From Octopus sinensis (Eukaryota): a stretch of DNA of 64,000 nucleotides. The position numbers and the translations under genes are program-made. How positions within the stretch are numbered: the stretch's first letter is position 1; every line of letters begins with the position of its first letter. The stretch lies in contig NC_043004.1 in the NCBI RefSeq assembly GCF_006345805.1, positions 54,312,001 through 54,376,000 of the forward strand. The letters run 5' to 3'. The notes under the pieces were generated by a model that searched no databases, was not told where the DNA came from, and saw only the letters and a program-made list of their open reading frames with translations. Positions 42,901-55,737 of the stretch are shown here, piece after piece.

Positions 42901-45900
42901 TCATATGCATATATATAATTTGTATATATTCATATGCATATATATAATTTGTATATATTCATATGCATATATATAATTTGTATATATTCATATGCATATA
43001 TATAATTTGTATATATTCATATGCATATATATAATTTGTATATATTCATATGCATATATATAATTTGTATATATTCATATACATATATATAATTGTATAT
43101 ATATTCATATGCATATATATAATTTGTATATATTCATATGCATATATATAATTTGTATATATTCATATGCATATATATAATTTGTATATATTCATATGCA
43201 TATATATAATTTGTATATATTCATATGCATATATATAATTTGTATATATTCATATGCATATATATAATTGTATATATTCATATGCATATATATATTTGTA
43301 TATATTCATATGCATATATATAATTTGTATATATTCATATGCATATATATAATTTGTATATATTCATATGCATATATATAATTTGTATATATTCATATGC
43401 ATATATATAATTTGTAATATTCATATGCATATATATAATTTGTATATATTCATATGCATATATATAATTGTATATATTCATATGCATATATATATTTGTA
43501 TATATTCATATGCATATATATAATTTGTATATATTCATATGCATATATATAATTTGTATATATTCATATGCATATATATAATTTGTATATATTCATATGC
43601 ATATATATAATTTGTAATATTCATATGCATATATATAATTTGTATATATTCATATGCATATATATAATTTGTATATATTCATATGCATATATATAATTTG
43701 TATATATTCATATGCATATATATAATTTGTATATATTCATATGCATATATATAATTTGTATATATTCATATGCATATATATAATTTGTATATATTCATAT
43801 GCATATATATAATTTGTATATATTCATATGCATATATATAATTTGTATATATTCATATGCATATATATAATTTGTATATATTCATATGCATATATATAAT
43901 TTGTATATATTCATATGCATATATATAATTTGTATATTCATATGCATATATATAATTTGTATATATTCATATACATATATATAATTTGTATATATTCATA
44001 TACATATATATAATTTGTATATATTCATTATACATATATAATTTGTATATATTCATATACATATATATAATTTGTATATATCATATACATATATATAATT
44101 TGTATATATTCATATACATATATTAATTTGTATATATCATATACATATATATAATTTGTATATATTCATATACATATATATAATTTGTATATATTCATAT
44201 ACATATATATAATTTGTATATATTCATATACATATATATAATTTATATATTCATATACATATATATAATTTGTATATATTCATATACATATATATAATTT
44301 GTATATATTCATATACATATATATAATTTGTATATATTCATATACATATATATAATTTGTATATATTCATATATACATATATATAATTTGTATATATTCA
44401 TATACATATATATAATTGTATATATTCATATACATATATATAATTTGTATATATTCATATACATATATATAATTTGTATATATTCATATACATATATATA
44501 ATTTGTATATATCATATACATATATATAATTTGTATATATTCATATACATATATATAATTTGTATATATTCATATACATATATATAATTTGTATATATTC
44601 ATATACATATATATAATTTGTATATATTCATATACATATATATAATTTGTATATTCATATACATATATATAATTGTATATATTCATATACATATATATAA
44701 TTTGTATATATTCATATACATATATATAATTTGTATATATTCATATACATATATATAATTTGTATATATTCATATACATATATATTTTGTATATATTATA
44801 CATATATATTTTGTATATATTATACATATATATTTTGTATATATTATACATATATATTTTGTATATATTATACATATATATTTTGTATATATTATACATA
44901 TATATTTTGTATATATTATACATATATATTTTGTATATATTATACATATATATTTTGTATATATTATACATATATATTTTGTATATATTCATATACATAT
45001 ATATATTTGTATAATTCATATACATATATATAATTTGTATATATTCATATACATATATATAATTTGTATATATTCATATACATATATATAATTTGTATAT
45101 ATCATATACATATATATAATTTGTATATATTCATATACATATATATAATTTGTATATATTCATATACATATATAATTTGTATATATTCATATACATATAT
45201 ATAATTTGTATATATTCATATACATATATATAATTTGTATATATTCATATACATATATATAATTTGTATATATTCATATAAATATATATAATTTGTATAT
45301 ATTCATATACATATATTTAATTTGTATATATTCATACACATATATATAATTTGTATATATTTATATACACATATATAATTTGTATATATTCATATATAAT
45401 TTGTATATATTCATATACATATATATAATTTTTATATATTCATATACAAATATATAAGTTGTATATCTTCATATACATATATATATAATTTGTATATATA
45501 TATAATTTGTATATCTTCATATTCATATATATGATTTGTATATATTCATATAATATATATAATTTGTATATATTCATATACATATATATAATTTGTATAT
45601 ATCATATACATATATATAATTTGTATATATTCATATACATATATATAATTTGTATATATTCATATACATATATATAATTTGTATATATTCATATACATAT
45701 ATATAATTTGTATATATTCATATACATATATATAATTGTATATATTCATATACATATATATAATTTGTATATATTCATATACATATATATAATTTGTATA
45801 TATTCATATACATACATATAATTTGTATATATTCATATACATACATATAATTTGTATATATTCATATACATACATAATTTGTATATATTCATTACATACA

Positions 45901-48900
45901 TAATTTGTATATATTCATATACATACATATAATTTGTATATATTCATATACATACATATAATTTGTATATTCATATACATACATATAATTTGTATATATT
46001 CATATACATACATATAATTTGTATATATTCATATACATACATATAATTTGTATATATTCATATACATACATATAATTTGTATATATTCATATACATACAT
46101 ATAATTTGTATATATTCATATACATACATATAATTTGTATATATTCATATACATACATATAATTTGTATATATTCATATACATACATATAATTTGTATAT
46201 ATTGTATACATACATATAATTTGTATATATTCATATACATACATATAATTTGTATATATTCATATACATACATATAATTTGTATATATTCATATACATAC
46301 ATATATTTGTATTATTCATATACAAATATATAATTGTATATATTTATATACAAATATATAATTTCTATATATTTCTATACAAATATATAATTTGTATATA
46401 TTCATATACATATATATAATTATATATATTTTGTATATATTTATATACAAATATATATTTTGTATATATTTATATACAAATATATAATTTGTATACGTTA
46501 ATATACAAATATATAATTTGTATACGTTAATATACATGTATATAATTTGTATACGTTTATATACATGTATATAATTTGTTTACGTTTATATACATGTATA
46601 TAATTTGTGTACGTTCATATACATGTATATACTTTGTGTACGTTCATATACATATATATAATTTGTATACGTTCATATACATATATATAATTTGTATACG
46701 TTCATATACACATATATAATTTGTATACGTTCATATACACATATATAATTTGTATACGTTCATATACACATATATAATTTGTATACGTTCATATACACAT
46801 ATATAATTTGTATACGTTCATATACACATATATAATTTGTATACGTTTATATACCATATATAATTGTATACGTTCATATACACATATATAATTTGTATAC
46901 GTTTATATACACATATATAATTTGTATACGTTTATATACACATATATAATTTGTATACGTTTATATACACATATATAATTTGTATACGTTTATATACACA
47001 TATATAATTTGTATACGTTTATATACACATATATAATTTGTATACGTTTATATACACATATATAATTTGTATACGTTTATATACATATATATAATTTGTA
47101 TACGTTTATATACATATATATAATTTGTATACGTTTATATACATATATATAATTTGTATACGTTTATATACATATATATAATTTGTATACGTTTATATAC
47201 ATATATATAATTTGTATACGTTTATATACATATATATAATTTGTATACGTTTATATACATATATAATTTGTATACGTTTATATACATATATATAATTTGT
47301 AATACGTTTTATATACATATATATAATTTGTATACGTTTATATACATATATATAATTTGTATACGTTTATATACATATATATAATTTGTATACGTTTATA
47401 TACATATATACAATTTGTATACGTTTATATACATATATACAATTTGTATACGTTTATATACATATATACAATTTGTATACGTTTATATACATATATACAA
47501 TTTGTATACGTTTATATACATATATACAATTTGTATACGTTTATATACATATATACAATTTGTATACGTTTATATACATATATACAATTTGTATATTTAT
47601 GTATACTATATATAACAATTTGTATACGTTTATATCATATATATAATTGTATACGTTTATATACATATATATAATTTGTATACGTTTATATACATATATA
47701 TAATTTGTATACGTTTATATACATATATATAATTTGTATACGTTTATACACATATATATAATTTGTATACGTTTATACACATATATAATTTGTATACGTT
47801 TATACACATATATATAATTTGTATACGTTTATATACATATATATAATTTGTATACGTTTATATACATATATATAATTTGCATACGTTTATATACATATAT
47901 ATAATTTGTATACGTTTATATACATATATATAATTTGTATACGTTTATATACATATATATAATTTGTATACGTTTATATACATATATATAATTTGTATGC
48001 ATATATGCGGTTTGTATATATTTGTATGCATATATGCGGTTTTATATATTTACATACATATGCGGTTTGTATATATTTACATACATATGCAGTTTCTTTG
48101 TATTTAGTTACCTATACGCAATTTGCATGTATTTACGTGCCTATACGCAATTTGTACGTATTTACATACCTATACGCAATTTGCACATATTTACATGCCT
48201 ATACGCAATTTGCACATATGTACATGCCTATACGCAATTTGCACTTATGTACATGCCTATACGCAATTTCCACATATGTACATACCTATACGCAATTTCC
48301 ACATATGTACATACCTATACGCAATTTGCACATATGTACATACCTATACACAATTTGCACATATGTACATACCTATACACAATTTGCACATATGTACATA
48401 CCTATACACAATTTGCACATATGTACATACCTATACACAATTTGCACATATGTACATACCTATACACAATTTGCACATATGTACATACCTATACACAATT
48501 TGCACATATGTACATACCTATACACAATTTGCACATATGTACATACCTATACACAATTTGCACATATGTACATACCTATACACAATTTGCACATTGTACA
48601 TACCTATACACAATTTGCACATATGTACATACCTATACACAATTTGCACATATGTACATACCTATACACAATTTGCACATATGTACATACCTATACACAT
48701 TTGCACATATGTACATACCTATACACAATTTGCACATATGTACATACCTATACACAATTGCACATATGTACATACCTATACACAATTTGCACATATGTAC
48801 ATACCTATACACAATTTGCACATACCTATACACAATTTGCACATACCTATACACAATTTGCACATACCTATACACAATTTGCACATATGTACATACCTAT

Positions 48901-50549
48901 ACACAATTTGCACATATGTACATACCTATACACAATTTCCACACATGTACATACCTATACACAATTTCCACACATGTACATACCTATAAACAATTTCCAC
49001 ACATGTACATACCTATACACAATTTGCACATATGTACATACCTATACACAATTTCCACATATGTACATACCTATACACTATTTCCACATATGTACATACC
49101 TATACACAATTTCCACATATGTACATACCTATACACAATTTCCACATATGTACATACCTATACAAATTTCCACATATGTACATACCTATACACAATTTGC
49201 ACATATTACATACCTATACACAATTTGCACATATGTACATACCTATACGCAATTTGCACATATGTACATACCTATACACAATTTGCACATATGTACATAC
49301 CTATACACAATTTGCACATATGTACATACCTATACACAATTTGCACATATGTACATACCTATACACAATTTGCACATATGTACATACCTATACACAATTT
49401 GCACATATGTACATACCTATACACAATTTGCACACATGTACATACCTATACACAATTTGCACACATGTACATACCTATAAACAATTTGCACACATGTACA
49501 TACCTATAAACAATTTGCACACATGTACATACCTATACACAATTTCCACACATGTACATACCTATACACAATTTCCACACATGTACATACCTATACACAA
49601 TTTCCACACATGTACATACCTATACACAATTTGCACACATGTACATACCTATACACAATTTGCACACATGTACATACCTATACACAATTTGCACATATGT
49701 ACATACCTATACACAATTTGCACATATGTACATACCTATACACAATTTGCACATATGTACATACCTATACACAATTTGCACATATGTACATACCTATACA
49801 CAATTTGCACATATGTACATACCTATACACAATTTGCACATATGTACATACCTATACACAATTTGCACATATGTACATACCTATACACAATTTGCACATA
49901 CCTATACACAATTTGCACATATGTACATACCTATACACAATTTCCACACATGTACATACCTATACACAATTTCCACACATGTACATACCTATAAACAATT
50001 TCCACACATTTACATACCTATACACAATTTGCACATATGTACATACCTATACACAATTTCCACATATGTACATACCTATACACAATTTCCACATATGTAC
50101 ATACCTATACACAATTTCCACATATGTACATACCTATACACAATTTCCACATATGTACATACCTATACACAATTTGCACATATGTACATACCTATACACA
50201 ATTTGCACATATGTACATACCTATACACAATTTGCACATATGTACATACCTATACACAATTTGCACATATGTACATACCTATATACAATTTGCACATATG
50301 TACATACCTATATACAATTTGCACATATTTACATACCTATATACAATTTGCACATATTTACATACCTATATACAATTTGCACATATTTACATACCTATAT
50401 ACAATTTGCACATATTTACATACCTATATACAATTTGCACATATTTACATACCTATATACAATTTGCATATATTTACATACCTATATACAATTTGCATAT
50501 ATTTACATACCTATATACAATTTGCATATATACAATTGTCTATAAAGCA

Positions 50550-50735
50550 TACACGTAGAGAAAAAAAGAAGATTTGAACACCTGGAGGAAAGCACCATCG
50601 AAAAGTGTCTTGGTGCGACTATGAAATATATCCCCGTAAAGTAGAGGTAGGCTGGATTGTAGCCACACTTCTACACCAGAGGGAGGACAAAATACAATTG
50701 GTCGAAATTGCAAGAGACGGGCCTACAATTCCAGT
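50550..50735 (+). mobile_element. Possible RLE-type non-LTR C-terminal remnant at the satellite end
   Basis: Frameshifted translation RREKRRFEHLEE..KCLGATMKYIPV/EVGWIV resembles the K..KY..L....PVEVG part of RLE domains. The match is short and weak. Confidence 0.35.
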
Positions 50736-50818
50736 CTGTTATATATTTTGAGTATTTTTATCACTGGCGATATCAAGATATAACATTGTATTTTGTATTT
50801 TATGTGTAAATGTATATA

Positions 50819-50861
<43 letters not shown>

Positions 50862-50902
50862 ACATGTAATATGAACACATATATATACTCATATATACAT
50901 GG

Positions 50903-50944
50903 ACTAGCACTATGACCCGGCAACGACCGGGTCATAATGCTAGT
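50903..50944. other. 42-bp palindrome that reads as a Helitron 3' end on both strands
   Basis: ACTAGCACTATGACCCGGCAACGACCGGGTCATAATGCTAGT gives hairpin + CTAG|T in either orientation. Confidence 0.7.
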
Positions 50945-50947
50945 ATA

Positions 50948-51060
50948 TCGATATATATGAAACTAAGAATGTGTATCTGTCTGTCTGTGTGAATCCCTAT
51001 AACTTGAGAACTACACAACCAATTTCATTCAAATTTTACACACGCCTTGCTTAGGGTCCA
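50948..51060 (+). mobile_element. 5' end of a non-autonomous Helitron-like element
   Basis: A|TCGATATATATGAAACTAAGAATGTGTATCTGTCTGTCTG has the same style as the 5' ends at 22098 and 59727. The 3' end was not found. Confidence 0.55.
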
Positions 51061-51078
51061 CGGAGTGTCAGGAGCAGG

Positions 51079-51176
51079 GCTCTGGGCGCCATTGGGCTCA
51101 CTGTCCACGGCTACGAGACAACAGTGAGCGCTATGGCGACCAGAGCTCGCTTGGCTTGGCTTGGCTTGGCTTGGCA
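51079..51176 (+). other. GC-rich 68-nt hairpin followed by a (CTTGG)n tail; probable LINE 3' end
   Basis: Arms 51079-51104 and 51121-51146 pair at 23 of 26 positions around a 16-nt loop, followed by GCTTGGCTTGGCTTGGCTTGGC. Confidence 0.55.
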
Positions 51177-51866
51177 GAAGAACCTTAGTTACATAGAGAA
51201 CTATAGCGTGAAGGCAGAATATAAAAAAAACAAACAACTCTTCCTCAGATGTTGGCAATTTTACTTGCTCCGCATTGCAACAAGATGTGTCTTCGTCAAA
51301 GCAATTGCTCCCCCAAACCAAATTAGATAAAATTTGAGATACGTGGAACGTCAAAGCTGCTAACAAAATCAGGACAGTCAAAATTTTCGCTAAGGGCTGG
51401 TTAACCCTAACGAGATGACGTGGTGAACGCTGGAGAAAGAAAGCTTTTTCAAGAGGCAGACGGGAGTGCATGAAGGAAAAGAAAAAGAAATACATTTAGA
51501 AATAGATCTATAGTTATTGAGGACAGAATTTCTGTTAGAAATAGAGAACTATGAATATTGAATTATGCATAAAGCGCTGACTTACATTCGGGGCTTCCAA
51601 TTTCTCTGTAAAATATAAGATAGTCGCAAAATCATCGCACATGTCACCATCGATTACAAACGCCGGTGGAAGATAAACGTTCCAGAGGACATTCTTGTTC
51701 TTTCGTTCGTACAAGGATCGTATTATGTTTCGGCTTAAAATAAATTATAGATACAAATATAATGTATATAAAAACCAGAATAGAAGATAAACGTCTTAGG
51801 CATATAAAATGAGATATCAAGGTGTTATAAACTTGAAACTTACTAGAATATCATAGATTATATATA

Positions 51867-54403
51867 TCAAGTCATCCAGTCAGTTCTGTCCAATTTTACC
51901 TGCTTTTTAGAGTTGAACGAAATTTAATAGTATTTGCAAATGTCTAATTCAACTAAAAATTATTCTTATGCATTTGTGTACGTTTAAACTAATTCAATAT
52001 TGTTTTACAAAATAATAGACGGTGTCCACAAAGTCTGCGTACATGGGAATTAACACATACTTTTAAAACAAAACAATTTTATTTAATTATAATAAATAAT
52101 ATTTTCAAAGTGATTTCCATCATTTTCAATGCATAACTTGATGCGCCTTGCAAAATTCAGGTGAACTTGATTAAATAAGTCTATATTGCCATCAATTTAA
52201 GCACACTGACTGGTAATGCGTTCTCTCGTGTGTTTTAAATCTGTAATCTTTATTGAGTAAACTTTCTCTTTCAACATACCCCAGAAAAAGAAATCAAGGG
52301 GAGAAAGGTCTGGTGAACGAGAGGACCATTCCATATGACCCCTTCTTCCAATCTAGTGAGGAGGAAAAGTGTCATTAAATCAATCTCTAACAGTTGTGGC
52401 AAAATGGGTAGGGGCCTCATCCTGCTGAAACCAATTTGGAAGGTCCTCGCCTAGGCGCTCAATTTAAGATATTAATTTGTCTCTCAATATATTTGCATAA
52501 GTCTCATCCGTTACATGTTCAATGAAGAAGGGTCCTAGAACATGAGCTTTCCAAAAACCACACCACACCATCACCTTTTTGCTGTCTTGCTGTTTGGATA
52601 GATCCATCCAATGTGGATTACCTCGAGACCAGTATAGAAGATTCTGTCTGTTGACCTTACCATTTACATAAAACGTAGCTTTGTCACTGAACAACACAAA
52701 GTTTTTCGTAAAATTGATATTTTCATCCAATTTATTCGTCTATCAGGATCGTCTTAATTTAAGTGAGGCAATATCTGTAAGTTGTATCGATGAAACTTTT
52801 CCTCAACCAGCATTTTGTGGATGGTTGGTTTTGGAACACCTAACACCGTAGATGTCCGACGAAGTGATTTTGGGGGGGCTAGCTAGCAGAAACTTTAGCC
52901 TCGATAGCCTCTTTAGTTTCATCTGAAGTCTTTGGTCGCCCGGAACGGGGTTTATCCGAAACACTGCCTGTTTCTTTAAATTTCTTCATCAATTTCCTGG
53001 CGGCAGTAAAATAAATAGGTTGCCTACAAGGGTGTGGAAGATTAAATTCTTCCGCAATTTTGCGGTAAGACCATCCCTCTCGTCCACTTAATAATACTAA
53101 CTCGATTCTTTCTTCTTTAGACAGATTCATCATTCGATCTGGGATTCTTTCTTCTTTAGACAGAGCCATCATTCGATCATCTGTAGAAAAAACAACAAAT
53201 AAATTTAGAAAAGTAAAGTATTTTTTTTATTTAATTTAAACAAAAGTAAAAAAGGAAAATTATTATTTCTTATGTTATGATTTTATTCCATAAACCCAGA
53301 CTTCGTGGACACCCTAAAATTGCTCTGATTAAAACCCTTTCAACATGGAAGTATCCAAGGAGCATTTAAGGCACATATAATTCTTTATGAGTACAATAAA
53401 GGTAATTCTGATGCCGAAGTGACTCGAAACATACACTCAGTTTATAGCAAAGTGCTCGAATGAAAGAACTTGCAGGAGATCGTCTGCAAAATTGAAGATG
53501 AATATCGAACAGGATGTCCAGTTGAGTTTGACAAGCTCCTTGAGGCATTACTTGAAGAAAATCCGTCATTATCAGTTGAAGAATTGACAATAAAGCTTAC
53601 TTCAAACCATACAACAGTTCATCGTCATCAACAACGTGGAAAGGTTCCTAAACTTGGAAAATAGGTGCCTTATGTATTGTCCGAAAGCAACCGCAAATCC
53701 CGAGTTGGCATCTGCTCTTCTCTCCATTCTTCTCTCCTTTTTTCGATAGACTTGTGATGAAAAATGGATTTTCTATCGAAATGTTAGACGTCGTAAACAG
53801 TGGCTTGGTAAAAGGGAAAATTCTCAACCACAACCGAGAAGGGAACTTCATGGGAAAAAGGTTCTACTCTCTATCTGGTGCGATTGCAAAGGCGTAATTC
53901 ACTTTATATTGTTACCACCTAATGCAACAATCAATGCTCAAGTCTACTGTCAGCAATTAGAGCGTTTGAACCAAGCTTTGAAGGAAAAAAGAGCCGCTTT
54001 AGTGAGTCGAAAACGAGTGATGTTTCATCAGGACAATGCGCAACCCCACACTGCAAAGATCACATCACAGAAGATCGAAGGGGTCGGTTTGGAAAAATTT
54101 CTTCATCCAACTTATTCTCCCGACCTTACTCCTTCAGGATACCATTTGTTTCATAGTTTACAGAATTAGTAGGGGGATACAACTTTCGCAAGCCAGGGGG
54201 AGGTCGAACCTGACATTTCAGAGTTCTTCGCTTTCAAACCAAAAGAGTTTTACGTTGATGGGATTAAAAAGCTTGTAAATAGATGGAGGTAAGTCATAGA
54301 TAATTAGGGAAAGTACATTGATGATTAACTTTCAATTAAATATAACATTTGATCACTTGTATTCTTTATCCAAAATTCAGACAGAACTTATGGGATGACC
54401 TGA
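51867..54403 (+). mobile_element. Decayed mariner element interrupted by a DD37D/maT-like element
   Basis: Imperfect TIRs TCAAGTCATCCAGTCAGTTCTGTC (51867) and GACAGAACTTATGGGATGACCTGA (54403). The transposase from about 53345 has MEVSKEHLRH, KKVLLSIWCDCKGVIH, FHQDNAQPH and HPTYSPDLTPSGYHLF, with frameshifts. Confidence 0.88.
52018..53314 (-). mobile_element. Tc1/mariner-superfamily element (DD37D/maT-like), decayed
   Basis: TIRs GGTGTCCAC(A/G)AAGTCTG with TA flanks. The transposase has KFKETGSVSDKPRSGRP, FSDKATF, KVMVWCG and W..RSPDLSPLDFF.WG.LKEKVY. Confidence 0.88.
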
Positions 54404-54801
54404 GATATATACACTGGCGAAAATATATTTAAGACAGCCGATAAAAGTTCTATTTCTTAGAAAATATTTTGTTACTAACACCATACAAATTATTTTTTAT
54501 CTTTTACACCTTATGCAAAATTTATTTCGCTTTCGAATGATGCAGACAATAACCATTTTTATACTACTTGAAGAATTCTAATGCTAAATATAATTTTAAT
54601 GGAGATAACCTGCAGTATAAAGTACAACATTTTTGTCTCCGTATATGAGCTAAGTATTAATAAAATGTGGTATACGATAAAAATTTCGGATATTTGTCTT
54701 AAAACATTCAGACAAGAAAATTCAGATGTAGCACATGAGGTATTATTCCATACGAATATCCACATATTTATATTAAGAATTTCATGATAAAAATATAGAA
54801 A

Positions 54802-55288
54802 TATTGGGTTGTCCGGAAAGTTCTTGCAGATTTATAGTAGCTTATTTTTCGACTTATTTTAGAACATGTTTGAGTCCATAAAATAGGATTTGACTACACC
54901 TCCATTTGGAGCACAGTTTAATCTATCTTTTCGTGGAAGAAGATTTATGTTCCAATAACCTGTGTTAATTCCGTAAACCTTTAAATTAAAAGATGAGAAA
55001 AATTCATTATCGGCATTTGATGCTTTGGGAACCAGACAAAAATTGCTGCAGCTTGGGTGGGGTGACTTACCCCACCCCCCATATTCACCAGATATTACTC
55101 CTTCGGATTTCCACTTATTCAGGTCTCCGCAGAATAGTCTTAATGGTGAAAATTTCAATTCCTTAGATGACGTAAAAAGATACCTTGATGAATTATTTGC
55201 CTTGAAACCACCCCAATTCTGGGAAGAGTATTTAGTGACCATGTACTTTCCTTTAAAAATCGGAACGAACTTTCCGGACAACCCAATA
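54802..55288 (+). mobile_element. Internally deleted mariner derivative (487 bp)
   Basis: Perfect 22-bp TIRs TATTGGGTTGTCCGGAAAGTTC enclose the C-terminal transposase piece LPHPPYSPDITPSDFHLF. Confidence 0.9.
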
Positions 55289-55737
55289 TAAACATAACAA
55301 TGAAATACAAATAAAAACATGAAAAATGAAAACCTGAATTGAAAGAGGCGATTAAATTTTTTTTCCTAACCTGCAGCCGTTTGTTGTACGAGGTATTCGA
55401 AATTCAGCCCTCCTTCCTCAGGGTTCCTTTCTCGAGGTAAAATCCAGCAGAAAGCAGTAAGGCACTACATGACGAGTATTCAGTTGGTGAAATATTTTAT
55501 TACTACCCACAAGGGGCGAACATAGAGGGGACAATACAATCTGATGTGGGGTCAGACACACGAATGGGTTTTTACAATAAAAGCGAATTTAAAAATAACA
55601 TGAAATTACAAAATATACACAAAATCGAATGATGTAACAGACCGGAAGACATTACAGGTGGAGTGGGTGCGGGTTTAGCTCGGACCCCACGAGCCCCGCC
55701 TCCCCACTGATACTTTTGGTTGCGCTTGGTATTACAT

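Larger units (their letters stand above)
23405..50535. repeat. ~27-kb tandem satellite, 29-bp AT-rich monomer (consensus about TATATATAATTTGTATATATTCATATACA), organised in variant blocks
   Basis: Directly visible 29-bp periodicity. Blocks include ..GTACATCTTC.. (about 28.9-32.5 kb), ..GTATATCTTC.. (32.5-36 kb), ..GTGTATATTC.. (36.9-39.1 kb), ..GTATATATTC.. (39.1-42.2 kb), ..CATATGCA (42.2-43.9 kb), ..TACGTTTATATACA (46.5-48.0 kb) and CCTATACACAATTTGCACATATGTACATA (48.1-50.5 kb). Confidence 0.98.

Noticed and set aside
23361-47674. Dozens of Y/I-rich ORFs
   Set aside because: They are translations of TA-rich satellite and microsatellite with no coding signal.
23405-50535. CRISPR-like array (29-bp repeats)
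   Set aside because: The monomers are directly adjacent with no unique spacers, there are no cas genes, and the context is eukaryotic.
47993-50577. Long overlapping ORFs (up to 495 aa) with a 29-aa His/Tyr/Thr repeat
   Set aside because: They arise because the CA-rich 29-bp monomer has no plus-strand stop in any frame. All three frames give the same rotated peptide, so this is a satellite artefact.
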